Shown: positions 12,955 through 26,067, counted from the stretch's first letter. The stretch is DNA of 64,000 nucleotides from Phoronis australis (GCA_002633005.1 NMRA01000416.1:163597-227596); one strand, 5' to 3'. The notes: generated by a model from the sequence alone, not told the origin. Numbers and translations are program-made.

Positions 12955-13984
12955 GTACAGAACGGTTCCGCACTTTTTTATATCCACTTTGGGCCATAAA
13001 AATGGTATGAAACAAATCTATACCTTACCCTGAACATGTTTACAGTGTTACATTTTTATTTGATCCATTAGCATTTTCTTAATTAAGAAGTTTAATTTTT
13101 GCAATGCAGAATATTCCGCACATTTTGCAGAATATTACGTACTTGCAGAATACTGCACAAGTTTTGTGGAATACTGACTTGTGAAATATTATGTATATTT
13201 TGTGGATTAATAATCAAAATAATAACTTATTTTTAAAAATCAACGTGACAATTGCAGATGGGTTCCACAAACAGAAAAGTTTAACATAGGACTAAAATTT
13301 TTTAATTTTCTCCCGGCCCAATAAACATGAATTACATTCCATTCCTTGAGGGCCCTCTTGGAAAGCAGTGCTATCACTGAAGAGGCCACCCTCATTTTAA
13401 ATATCACAATAATAAATAAATAAATAAATAAATTCTCAGTAACACTTGAAAGTATAATGTGCCCACTCTCAATAATTAATCAATGTGACAGTTGCAGAAC
13501 GGTTCCGCAAACAGAATAGTTTTTTGGAGGACTCAATATACTTAATTCTCATGTCCAATCAAGCTAAAATGCATTCCATAATCAATACCACTTGAAAGTA
13601 TCAATGTAACAATCCTAAAAATTGCTTGATCAATGTGACAGTTGCGGAACCCTTCCGCATTCGGAAATGTTCCGCATGGGGAGCGATTTCACAAACAGAA
13701 TGGTTTTGTGGGGTATTGTTTTGTCGGGTATTGTTTTGTCCAATCAACTTAAAATGCATTCCATTATCAATGCCACTTGAAAGTATCGATGTGACAACCC
13801 CAACAGTAATTAGTTGATCAATGTGACAGTTGCGGAACCGCTGCGCATGTGCAACCGTTCCGCAAACAATAGTTTTGTGGAGGTCACAATTTTTAAAAAA
13901 ATTTTCTTGCACAATTAAGTTGAAATATAATCTATTCCCAATAACACACGAAAATATCAATGTGTCGACATGAACAATGATTAA
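12955..13984 (+). repeat. Satellite-like array with GCGGAACGGTTCCGCA palindromic cores
   Basis: Recurring units CAATGTGACAGTTGCGGAAC..TTCCGCA...CACTTGAAAGTA. An inverted array lies at 24047-25070. Confidence 0.75.
13346..13432 (+). mobile_element. 5'-truncated LINE/SINE 3' end with stem-loop and (AATA)n tail
   Basis: Near-identical to 53385-53465. Inserted into a satellite unit with a short ATTC duplication. Confidence 0.65.
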
Positions 13985-16900
13985 GAATGATTCCATATAA
14001 AAACCATATGGAAATGAAAAATCACTATATACTCAAAAATTCATACAGAACTAATACTTTGTGCATGTGTTGGGATGCTGGCCCAAAGTACACTGCTGCA
14101 ATATTTGCACTCAATGACCTTAGGTTACCGAGATATGACCTATTTGGTTATAAAGTCATATTTTGCATTTTTTCATATCAGTAAAACTGCATTTTTTGAA
14201 CGGCAAAAATCAGACTTGGAAAACTGGTGACAAAGTTTGACATTGATGGTCATAAAGACTCATGTAAGGTTAGTAAGAAAATGAAATTTGCAACTCATAG
14301 GTACAATTAAATTTCCAGCAGGGGAGAAAACTCCAAGACCACTTTTCAGGCCAGTCACAAGTGGCAAGATGTTGCTTAACCTGCCTGCTATATCGGAATA
14401 TATTTGAAGTTGAAATTCTCTTTGTAGACACTTCTAAGATTGAACGTTGATAATTGCTTTTAAAAAAACTTGTCTCTTATATATTTAGTTTTAAATGTGG
14501 CCCTCGAATTTGGGCATTTTTGTGATGTGGCCCTCGAATTTGGGCATTTTTGTGATGTGGCCTTACTCTGACTGACAAGAGAGTTGAGGCTAAAAACTCT
14601 TTTAGTTTAGAGATATCACCTAAAATATATGATCTAATATCAACAATGCAATATCATAAAAATTTTGATTTTACTTTTGAGACCCCAATTTTCGAGAACA
14701 CTCCATGCTTTGTTTAACTTTACCAATAGCACTTTAGGGTTCGAGAATACATGCATGTCCTGTCACTAAAGAATGTGGAGGAATTTCCTTCTTGTACATT
14801 TGGTTAATTTTCGTTACATAAGTGTAATCGCGGAGGAAATGTGGCCTTCATTAGCTGTCTTAAAGACGTCAGAAGTCATCTGAAGTCGTGCAAAGTGCCA
14901 CAGAAGTTTGAAAGTATATCGGAATTACAGCTGATTCTTGCCAGAGCTGGAGATAGGAGGTTGGACTGGCAAACCAATGGAAATGCGCCGTTATATATTT
15001 TACACATCGACGTGAGTTTGGACTTGGTTTTAGACAAAAACTGACGTGCTGTTATCACGAACACACAGAATATTGTCAGAGGGATAAACCAGGAACAAGC
15101 AAAACAGGATTTGATGTCATCTCTCACCCCACACCAAGTTTTGGTTGTAATGGATTTTGCAATGAAGTTCATACCCATCAGTTTCCGTGAAGCACAGTCC
15201 AACTGGTGTGGAAAAAAGGATCTCATGGCATGTGGCGGCTTGTATCACAAAGAAAGGTGAAAGCCACCAGGTAAAAATAAATCCTCAATTAGTATTCAAG
15301 GTGTTGCAAAGTATAATTCTCAGATGTGCTCAATATTAAACAGAAAGACGGTGATGAACAATGTTGTTGCCTTTACCTCTTTTTAGTATATTGATTTACT
15401 GTAACAGTACAAGATACAGGGAGTGTGCACTTAATATCTAGTCTTTTTCTTGCCATTTCCCAACAAAAGCTTGACAGTGACGCATTCTTTGTCTCTTAGT
15501 AGATTTTGCACACAAACCTTCATTTTAACTGAAGCCATTTTGTACTTATGGATGATTTTCATATCTTTGTGAAGGGGAAATTTCCCCCTCCCTAGAAATG
15601 TTTTGAAGGAGCTACTGATATAATAACGTGTTGAGACGAACCATGTTTGAAGTTGAGTTGTGTGATTGCGGTTTAGGTGGTAATAAGATGTAATAAGGTC
15701 GTTCTTTATACTACATAATTGTTGTATTTCAGGTACATACTTACATCCATACTCTAGATGCCTACAAGCAAGACTTTTTCACTGTTTGCTGTTTAACGCT
15801 AGATGTGCTAACGCAGGTGAAACCTAGGGATCCACAAATAACGGAAGCTCCGACAATACCAATTGTTACCATTCAGGTGCCCTTCTGATTCATTTGTTCT
15901 ACATAACTGGTAACACCGGCATCTCCATTCTGCGCTACGACTTCAGTGAAATTCAGAAGGGAAAAGACATCTGTGACAGGAAAATTGCACCCTTGAAGTC
16001 CCATGCCAAGTACTTCGTCAATGAAGGCAACAAAATGCAGTCGACCTGAAACATGCGCTAGAGTCTAGAGAAGGTGTCAAAGGCTGTTATGTGTCGGCCT
16101 GTAGTGTGAATGCCCAAAAGGTCCTTCCCAAGCACAGTATCCCAGGGATAAGTTTGCTGACAAACTTTGAGTATTCCGCCGATGGCATTCGAGCATGGAA
16201 GGCCTATAGCGTAGGGGAGGGAAAACTTGTCATCAACAAATCATGTAAACTGTCCCCTCTGAAAAGTCTTGACCTTGCAACACTCGAGTGTTTTACAACT
16301 CCAAGGGTTGAGTCGGGGCTGGTATCCCATGAACGTCATACGAAGTTCACATGCACACACTATGGGTGCTCGAAATATTTTCCTACAGATGCTGAGCTAA
16401 ATGAGCACTTGGATGTTGGTGCTCATTCATCATCCCTCCAGAACGAGACTCAGTTCAACCACATTTCAAGATAATCTGATATGTTATCTACTACCACAGC
16501 TGTGTCATCACCTGAGTTGTCTGCCGTTTACGCTGTTGATCAAGTTGCCGCAGGATTGGGCCCTGAAAAGTATTAGAAAAGCGGTCTGCTTCTTTGAGAA
16601 GGTAAAGACTTAACCCAGTGATATATTTCCTGAAGGTGAACAGTCAGGCAGAAAACAACGGCCAGCTGAGGTTGTAAAGATGATGCGAGAAGCCAAGAAT
16701 AAGAAAGGAAAACTTTTCTCCTCTGAGGAGTGGCTGTCGGAGCAGCAGATTGCTGGATTTTTCTCCCGTATGGTTGCCGCATCTCGAATACGAAATATTC
16801 AGAATATTGAAGATGCTGATGCTGCTGCTGCCCACGAGTTTGCCTCAAAGAATAACTTGAAGCTTGAAGTCATGAATGAGTTATCATCATAAACTGTAGG

Positions 16901-18687
16901 AAGTTATAAACATGTTTTAGTTGTTGTCTATTCTTATGATATTGTTGTGGTCATCATTACCATAGCTAGGGGACTGGGGTCCACCCTCGGCAAAATTGGA
17001 AAACATGGACGATGACGCAAATTCGGGGCTTCCATGGGGGAGAGATTTGAGTGGTGGCCGTTTGGGAAAAATAATCCAAGCCACTGATGGTCAACATTGA
17101 AATCTTCTGTCATTTTTTACTAGCGTTTTTTGTTTTATGTTCAGTTTGAGACTCGTAAAGCATACTTTTTACATGATTGATTCTATTGAAACTACTGAGA
17201 TTTTTATAGGAGTGATTATCTAGTTTTGAGAAATGTCTATCTTAGACATGTGTACTGAGCAAAATAAAAGGACTTTGTGTTTCAGAAGCTCTCGTTTTCT
17301 TCAAACAAAATGCAGTTCTTTGAAGTGTTGAGTAGAAATGCATCATACACTAAACCTAGCATACCTTCAAGAAACTGTGGTTTTGAGTCCGCCGCTTGAA
17401 CGCCGGGAATTTACATATTGTGAAACTTTTAGCTGGTAAGTCGCAACAACACCCAACTGATTAAACACTGGTTTGGAAAGCCGGTATCTTGGATATCACT
17501 GAAAGTATTATGTTTTCAATTGTAAATATCCGTACCTGTTATTTTTCTGAAATTGCCACCATGCTCGGCCGCTTTTGTGTAGTACAAGAAGCATTGCGTG
17601 ACACTTTGTATGTCCAATAACACGACACTTCTGCTCGTATCCACCGTCCTCTTTTCACTTGTGATCTCGAAGATCTTGATTAGTTTTAGTATGAACTTTG
17701 CTAATAGTTTGAGAGGACTTTTTCAAGCGCATATCCAGGGATTTGTTCAGGAGGTCTGAAAATGAACCAGCATGCGCTGCAGGCAGTGCGTGGTATTCTT
17801 AGTCAATTACGGTGTTTGAAAACTGACCAAGCAATGGGTAATTGGCACCCTTAATAAGAATAAAACCTGCTTCTCTGAAGTATGAGATGGTAATGGGTTT
17901 GTATTATTAACTCATAAGTACATTAAACTTGACTTTTTTGGTTTCTGTAATCCTGTAACAAATTTTTATTTTTGCACCAGTAAAACTGAAAATCCGCGAA
18001 GAAAAAATCTCTCATACAGCTTCCCATGATCTCCTTCATCACTGATGCAGCAAAACGAATGATATTTGTTCTATTTGACATCTTGGTCGATAGATAATTG
18101 CACAATCGAGTAGCGCCTCCTAGAGTCTTTTAATCTAACTGACAGTCACAGATTGGCAGAAAAATGTGTAAGTGAGTTATGTAAAAAACTGACTGCACAA
18201 AAACTATGAGACAAGATTTTTTATTCTTGCGTTGGGCTGTAACAGATGGAAGTTAACTCATGTTCCAAAAGAATCCCATATAGATTTGGGAAAGTGATAA
18301 AAATGCGTAAAAATGGCCTTAATATTATGTAGTGAAAATGATATTTTTGTAGGCTAAAATGGGAGGACATAAAAATCAATAAATCCACCCGAACTAGTTT
18401 TTCTTGTATGTTATTCTTTCTTCTTTCTGCTATATAGTTATTTTTTCAATAGCGTGAAGCGATGATGTGCTGTTGTTGACAAAAGTCACCTACTTTCAAG
18501 TACTATTATTTGCTATTTTTCAGAAAAAGTACAAAGTGGTCGTAAAAAGGGTTAAAAAAAAACTCGGAAACTTTTAATAATTCAGGCTCAGGTTTCTTTT
18601 GACAAGGCCAGCTGATGCGCTAAGTTTCAAAAAAATTGGTGATTTTGCATATATAGCCCACCATCTGGTTTTTATATGGAATTGCTC
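13985..18687 (+). mobile_element. Sola3-type DNA transposon, decayed
   Basis: TTAA|GAATGATTCCATATAAAAACCATATGG ... CCATCTGGTTTTTATATGGAATTGCTC|TTAA, with an internal Sola3-like transposase relic. Confidence 0.8.
14841..16892 (+). pseudogene. Sola3-like DDD transposase pseudogene with intron 15271-15732
   Basis: Motifs SELQLILARAG; VVMDFAMKFIPISFREAQSNWCGKK..WHV; SDNTNCYH; RYDFSEIQKGKDICDRKIA; C2H2-like CTHYGCSKYF..LNEHLDVGAH; DWALKS; EEWLSEQQIAGFFSR. Contains frameshifts, stops and an internal deletion near 15040. Confidence 0.8.
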
Positions 18688-18848
18688 TTAATATTTCGTG
18701 GCTTGTGTCAAGGTTCTACCAAAAGCAGTAAAATGGCATAGACAAGATGTCAATTTTTCCCGAGTCTTCTTGAGGTAAGTTTCTGCATCACGAATCTTTC
18801 AGCAAGTTCCCCACTGATTAATCATTGTTCATGTTGACACATTGATAT

Positions 18849-20290
18849 CCGACAAGTATGTTCGCACTCTACAGGTCGCAATTTTCGTCAGATTCTCACG
18901 AAAAATGCAGACGACGTGTAGATCGGAAAGTCCTGGAAGCCTACTGTTTTGGTCATGATCGAATTCAAAATGGCGGATATGACGGCCATTTTGTTTCCAA
19001 TTTCAGAGTCAAATGCTCGTAGAGGCCGCATTTTTCGACGTACAGGGCTGAAACGTGGTACGATTATTATAGAACACATATGCTACAACTGTGCCGAAAA
19101 TAGTTGACCTCCAGTCAAAGATGGCAGAACTATTGAAGTGGCGCATGCGCACCTCGATATCTGGCCGAAAACGTTTTCTCCTGTAGAGGGCGCATCGGAG
19201 AACCAATCATTTTGTTGCTATTAATCGGCTTTCATAAAATTTTGTTTAACTGGAAGTCACTTTCAAGATGGCGGCTCTGGTGCATTTTCACCCGTTTTCA
19301 ATCGTTCTGATGTCGCATTTTTAACAGGAAAAGCAAATGACGTGAATTTTTGCATGTGGATTCCTTGAAGTATGCTCAAAAGTTCTGTGATAACATTTTT
19401 CTCAGACTTACCGTTTTCGAGTTATTTGAGTGTGAATTTCAAAAAAACGCAAATTTCAATTTTTTTTCAAAAAAATATGGAATGTTGCGAAACTATTATA
19501 AATTTAGATAGTTTTGGACGGGCTTTCAGAAGATGTTTTCCTTTTCTCGCAACGACATCTATTTGTCGAATTATTCGAGATTTTCTGATAGTGCTGTTCC
19601 TTTGTTCACCGGTCTTGCTGCACTGATGTTGGTCTAGCTTCTATTGAGCAAGACCAAGAAGTCATTGCTCATAGAGGCCTCATTTTTCAATGTACAGGGC
19701 TGAAACTTGTGACGATTATTATAGAGCACAAGCACTACACTTGCACCGTAAATCATCAACTTCCAGTCACAGATGGCAGATATATTGGCAAAGGCGCATG
19801 CGCACCTCGATATCTGGTCAAAAATGTTTTCTCATGTAGAGGGCACATTGGAGAACCAATCATTTTGAAACTGGTCACGTGTTTGTTGCTAAAATCGGCT
19901 TTTATAAAATTTTGTTTAACCGGAAGTCACTGTCAAGATGGCGGCTCTGGCGCATTGTCACACATTTTCTAACGTTCTGCGGTCACATTTTTAACAGGAA
20001 GAGCAAATGACGTGAAATTTTGCATGTGGATTCCTTCAAGTACCGTTTTCAAGTTAATTGACTTTGAATTTCAAAGAAAAAAACGCAGCAAAATTTCAAT
20101 TTTTTCGAAAAATTCATGGAATGTTGAGAAACTATCGGTTTAGATAGAATTTTGGACGGGCTATCAAAAGATATTTTCCATTTTTTGCTACGTCTACTTT
20201 TTGAATTATTCCAGGTTTTCTGATAGTGCTGTTCCTTTGTTGAGCACTCTTACTGCATTGATGTTGGTTTTAGTTTATTTGAACAAGACT
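18849..20290. repeat. Element with two tandem ~650-670 bp units
   Basis: 19015-19650 is repeated at 19665-20290 (shared TAGAGGCC.CATTTTTC..GTACAGGGCTGAAAC and CAAGATGGCGGCTCTGG). Family not identified. Confidence 0.75.
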
Positions 20291-21907
20291 GTAACTTATT
20301 TCTTACTAATTTATGACATGTAAGTTCGTCGTATGAATGTTATGATGTTGTTTATCAACGCCACCTTCATCATCACAATCCTCATCGTTGTTAATTTTGC
20401 ATAGTGTCGCTCAAGACTGTAGGTAGCACTGAACAGTCAGGCCGCGGCCACGGAGCATTTTCTAGTCCCTAGAATTTATGTTGAGGGCGTGTGTCAGGTT
20501 TGGCGGCTGGTTTGAGTAAATTGTTGAAAACACATGCCAGAAAACTAATTTACTTGTGTTTTTGAATGAGAAAAGCCAAGTTTTACCTACTTTTGATGCA
20601 AACTGGTGGCTGTCATTTGCCATCAACCCCTGTCATCTGCTGTCCAAGAAAACGGGTGCGCTTTGCGCCATGTCCCTAACCAATCGTAACAACGCATAGT
20701 AAGGTTAAAGGTCAGGAAGCTTGGGCGCTAGTACCGTGAGCCCCACTGAAGTCAATACAGTCTGCAGAGCAATACTTGTCAAGTTTACAATAACAGTCTT
20801 TGGAATTTCTGGAACGCCACAGTCTACAGTATAACAGTGCTAGCTGGGTCATTGGGGTCACAGCTCTAGGCCTACACATAAGCACAACAAAAGTGAATTG
20901 AACACCAGGCAGCCGCCGCGGGCGTGTGCTTGCAGCCTCAGTGGGCTGCCAAAGCGCTTTTTATTAATCTTCAGATGTTTGCCAATACATATTTGTGTCC
21001 GGAATCCACTCCAATGTAACAGTATTAAATTAAGACGAAAGGACAACGTTCTGTGGATCACAAAACGAAACAACATTTTGAAGATAACTAGTATCAAATA
21101 TACTCACAGGCGAAAAACCTGCATAAAACTGTATAAAATCCGACTTTTTTCAAACTTCGAAAGTATTTCTAAACTCATACCGGATGAGACAATGAACATA
21201 ACAGTTTCTTACCGATTCTGAGGTAATCTCTCATCTATACAGAGTGCAAATTCCATTGCAAGACAGCCGGGCGATCGGCAACATTTAATCTCACAGCACT
21301 GTACGTGGATCCATTTTCTGAACACAAGAGACGTGGAAAAATTTTTGAAAAACAGCATGAAATTTGGACCAGCAACCTCTGAGTACTCCTGGTAATCACC
21401 TCCGCTATCGGCAAATCCGATGGCAAAATGAATTCAGCCACAAACTTGACTTCAAAATGAGCTATGCACTCAAATATGGGCTTCCGGACGATCGTTAACA
21501 TAGGCCTGAATGGGGCAAACTTCAAACTTCAAGAGACGTGGAAAAATTTTCACCAATGACGCTGATATTTGGCAGTAACAAGTCTTAACATACACTCTAT
21601 GCGACAGGCTATCGGCAAATTGTGCAGTTATCTCCCCTCGCTTATAAATTCCTGATTATAGCCTGCTCTTGTGTATTTCTTATGGAGGGCTGCTGGCAAG
21701 ATTTAGCGCATGCGCAGTAGTGCATGTTACAAATTTCTGGCGTTGTGTCACACTGATACTTTCATGTATGTCGGACGAGGACAGTGGGTTTGTTTAAAAG
21801 GTAGCTATGCTTTGAGATTGACTGTGCGTACATGGAAAGTGAATAACCAAACCAAGTAATAAATTTATTATATGATAACCTTTAATTAGACAAGTGAAAC
21901 CTGTTGT

Positions 21908-22610
21908 TAATTAAGTAATCAACTATAAAGAAGAGTAACTACACTAGCGCCCTCTTTAAAGATTACCTCAATCAATCAACCAAAATAATCAAATGTCTTA
22001 TCTACTATCCAAGCTAGGACTCTCCACTTGTTGGATGACTGTCCTGATGGTGAATCTTTGAACTGTCACACTGTATAGCAACAGTGTACTTGCTGGTCAC
22101 CGTCTCTGGTGATGCAACACTTGCAGGCAATTTCTTCTACCCGCGATTCTTCTTGCTGGTCACAGTCTCTGGCTGGTGACGCAACACTTCAGGTAGTATC
22201 TTACTACCCAAGATGCAAGTGACAAGCTCATAGTTAACTTCCTGTTCATTAACCCTTGCCCTTGCCAAGATCTTTTCTAGAATCTTCCACGAGATGGCTC
22301 TGTCGTACAATTTACTATGTACACTGCAGCAAGTCTTTATGCTTCAACTACTATAGCTCATCTCAATTTCTTTTTGACTTAAGCCCATATTATAATATTC
22401 TACTTATTTAGTGAATGGTTAATAAAAACCAAATGATCATATCCAATCATGTCATTGGCTGTTACAGTTTATTCTCAGAATTTTCAAGAATCTCCAGAGT
22501 CCTTTGACCCCAGAACCCAAAGTTGTAAACACCATTTAAAAATAGATTTTGACGTTAAAGTACATGTCAACAAGTTTGAACCCATGATTTAAAAGTACAT
22601 ATGCACAAAG
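21908..22610. repeat. Right arm of the inverted repeat (partner of 10285-10725 plus 12467-12650)
   Basis: For example TTAACCCTTGCCCTTGCCAAGA here versus TCTTGGCAAGGGCAAGGGTTAA at ~10625. Confidence 0.75.
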
Positions 22611-22616
22611 TAATTA

Positions 22617-24042
22617 AATAATCGTTTAACACCAATAAATCATCAAAGTTCGATGTAAAACCCTTAAAAATACACCGAGTTCTTATAAAAACGTGTTGTT
22701 TTATTTCATTATTACGGATTCATTGGTATTTGGACACACCGTAGCCTACAAAGTTCGGCAGGCCAATTTACTAAGGTCCGTAGCAGGAGTTTGGGGTCTG
22801 TTCCGAGATAAATTCGAAGTATACTTTCATGAATTACAGACAGGAGAACCTAGATCTGTGTTGTTTAGACTTGTGATTTTTTTAGTTCTAAAGACACAAA
22901 AAGCTTGTTATCCCGGCCAGTGGCTCGGAGCCCGATCAGGTCCGTCACGGCCGGACTGAAGACATCACGAACATCAACCAGCCAAGTTGAAAACTAAACT
23001 AGTGAGCCAAAGAAGTAATGTGCACGTGATTATGTTGATGAATTAGCCAAGAAACTGCAAATCTACTTACTCGACGGGGGCTGCGAATTGAGGTTCCCCT
23101 TTGGCCACAGAACCGTCAGGGCAGAAGTTGTACATTAACAACCATTATTTGAATAATGTATAGGTAAATAAAGATTCCCTTAACACTATCCGTGGGATAG
23201 AAAATCGAGTCATTGTTTCACAACAGTTTTTGTCAGCAAACACTGAATTAGCATGCGCTCACATGGCCTCGGTGTCCGGTCAATTAGTTTTATTGCACCT
23301 AAAGCCGGTAACGCAGTGATTTATTCAATGCTGGCTTCTCAGTCAAATCATTGACTCACGAACACTCCAAAGGCATAACAAATTGAATCTAATGAGACAG
23401 ACTTTGTTTCAGTTTTATATAAGTATTGGTTAGGGTGATAATAATTCATTTTGAAACAGAACGCTCAGTAATAAACGTCAACATTGCAACTCGCAATCAA
23501 GACTCAGACGAGAGCTTATCTGACGAAGACTTCGCAGGTGGATCGTTAAGTTTCACAGGCTATCAGTTCGAACCGAAATACAGTGATGAAGAAATACTAG
23601 AGAGGCACCGTGAAAAAGCTCAGGCAACGGAACGTATGGATAGTTATTTGATAACCCGGCATTCGTCAGACTTACTGTCGATGACTGCAGCCCACAGACA
23701 CGGAGATGTTTCGCGGCCTGATACTTACTATTTGCATCGTACGATCATTCTTCACTACCGCGAGCCACTTCCTAAGCATTTCGGACTCTCGAGGAAGTCG
23801 AAAAACGATATACCCGCTTTCCTAGCAGCTGCTCATGGTTCGGACAAGTGGGAACGATGCATCGCAACATAGCGGCATTCACTTTGCAAATGAACCACTG
23901 ACGTCGTTGCTTCATTTCTCACCTTCCTCACAGGTTAACAAAACACCTCTCGGCAAGGTAAGGCCAACCATATGCGAGTCGATGTGGATATAGACCGCTT
24001 AAGATGGTAAAAAAGACTAATTAAATCGTGTGGCATTCTCCT
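22617..24042 (+). mobile_element. Kolobok-like non-autonomous element, 5'-truncated copy
   Basis: Colinear with 29250-30698. Ends TGGCATTCTCCT|TTAA. ORF 23426..23872 contains GYQFEPKYSDEE. Confidence 0.75.
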
Positions 24043-24046
24043 TTAA

Positions 24047-25070
24047 GTTGATTGGGCAAAAGAAATATCCCGCAAAACCATTCTGTTTGGGAAATTGCTC
24101 CCCATGCGGAATGGTTCCGCAACTGTCACTTTTATTAATTAATTAATCATAGTGTAGAAATTCTGATACTTTTATGTTTAATGCTTGTTGCATGTTAAGA
24201 TTTGAATATTTCGTTTCTTGTGTTAAGGTTCTACCAAAAGTGGTAAAATGGCATACACAAGATGTCAATTTTTCCTGAGTCTGCATCACAAATCATTCAG
24301 CAAGTTCCCCACTGATTAATCATTGTTCATGTTGACACATAGATATTTTCATGTCTTAATGAGAATAGAATATATCTGAACTTAAATAAGAAAATTTTTA
24401 AAAATTGTGAGCTCCACAAAACTATTGTTTGCGGAACGGTTCCGCAAGTGTCACATTGATCGAGTAATTATAGTTAGGGTTGTCATATTGATACTTTCAA
24501 GTGGCATTGATAATGGAATGCATTTCAAGTTGATTGGGCAAAACAAATACCCCGCAAAACCGTTCTGCTTGGGAAATCGTTCTCCGTGCGGAACGGTTCC
24601 CCATGCGGAACGGTTCCGCAACTGTCACATCGATCAACTAATTATTGTTAGAATTGTCATATTGATATTTTCATGTGGCATTGATAATCAAATGCATTTT
24701 AAGTTCATTGGGTAAAATAAATTCCAAACAAAACCATTCTGTTTGGGAAATCGCTCCCTATGCGGAATGGGGCGCATGCGGAAAGGTTCTGCAACTGTCA
24801 CTATATTATAAATTAATTATTATTAGGATAGAAATTCTGATACTTTTATGTTTAATACTTGTTGCACAACATTAAGATTTGAATATTACGTGGCTTATGT
24901 TATGGTTCTATCACAAGTGGTAAAATGGCATAGACAAGATGTCAATTTCCCAAGTCTGCCTGAGGTAGGTTTCTGCATCACAAATCATTCAGCAAGTTCC
25001 CCACTGATTAATCATTGTTCATGTTGACATATTGATATTTTTATTTGTTATTGAGAATAGAATATATTTC
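24047..25070 (-). repeat. Inverted array of the GCGGAACGGTTCCGCA satellite family
   Basis: Reverse complement of units in 13240-13984. Also shares a ~160-bp unit with 18692-18848. Confidence 0.75.
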
Positions 25071-25084
25071 AATGCATCTGCTTT

Positions 25085-25460
25085 AAGACCGTAACGACTC
25101 CTTTAATTGATTTCATAGCTGTTTTTGTGAGACAAATTTCATCTTCTGCTGATTTAGAAAGTGAAAATAAGACCTGAAGTTATTTTATTACCTGAAAAAT
25201 TGTGATTTCGTGGATGTGATGATGGATGTACATTTGCCGTATGTCTGTCGTGCGATTTCTGACTTAACAAATAATCCCTGGTATCTGAAATTTTGGTCAA
25301 TAATATTTCGAAATGAGTGTAAAGAGAATATGAAATTAACTTACCAGTAAGTTTGACTGAAAACTTGATGTAACTAATGTTTTTTGCTCTTTTTGGTGAT
25401 GGACGAAGAGCACCATATATCCCGGAGTTGGCCTTTGATCCAATTTTAATTTTTTGTCTC
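25085..25460 (-). repeat. Internal fragment of the 31420-33997 repeat family
   Basis: Diverged reverse complement of ~31640-32030 (TTTCTGACTTAACAAATAATCCCTGG versus CAGGGATTGTTCGTTAAGTCAGAAA). Confidence 0.6.
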
Positions 25461-25866
25461 TAGGTTGACCTTTTCACGGAATTGCGCTATGGTTTCAGTA
25501 CATGGTTCGCCATGACTGCTTCGATAGCAATCATAGATCTATGATGCTGTTCTATATGTTAGGTTCCTTAAAGAGAGCTAATAGTTTTACTTGTTTGCAT
25601 GGTTGTTTTGGTTTGTAATCACCGTATCAAAGCAAAGTTGTGATGTTTGTGACTGTGTGTTACATTGAAATGCGTAGCCTGTCAATTGAATAACTCTAGA
25701 ATTTCAAGGATGGTTAATTTTGCCATCTCTTAGGGGTTTTCCTGGATTTGAGACGACCAATATTTTCTGTTTCTAAAATTTGATACAAGCTTCAGCCTTG
25801 TGCAAAGTATTTAATTTTTCATGGCGTCAAATTGGAGAATTTTTACCGCAACTTGTGAAGTCAAAC

Positions 25867-26067
25867 CTCAAGGTGTGTTGGACCATGTTATCACCACTGG
25901 TATTTCCTCCAAATACGTAGAGCTGTCCTTTGTATCCAACACAGGATGAGCCACAGACAGCTTCAGGTAGTGGTGCCACATTTTGCCATTTGTTCATTTG
26001 AATGTCATACTTCTCCACTGAAGCAAGCAGGTCACTATTACTTTTTCCTCCAATGGCAAAAATGCAT
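25867..26067 (-). CDS. Kelch-like gene, coding exon 3 (kelch blades 2-3)
   Basis: Acceptor ttttctcttgaAG at 26069-26068. Reads CIFAIGGKSNSDLLASVEKYDIQMNKWQNVAPLPEAVCGSSCVGYKGQLYVFGGNTSGDNMVQHTLR. The phase-2 donor AG|GTTTGA at 25866 joins the exon at 6899 in frame. Confidence 0.85.

Noticed and set aside
13350-13395. Hammerhead ribozyme (GAAA and CTGAAGA present)
   Set aside because: There is no room for stem I, and the simple bulged hairpin explains the pairing better.
14495-14562. Perfect 30-bp tandem duplication
   Set aside because: A local slippage duplication inside the Sola3 element with no spacer structure.
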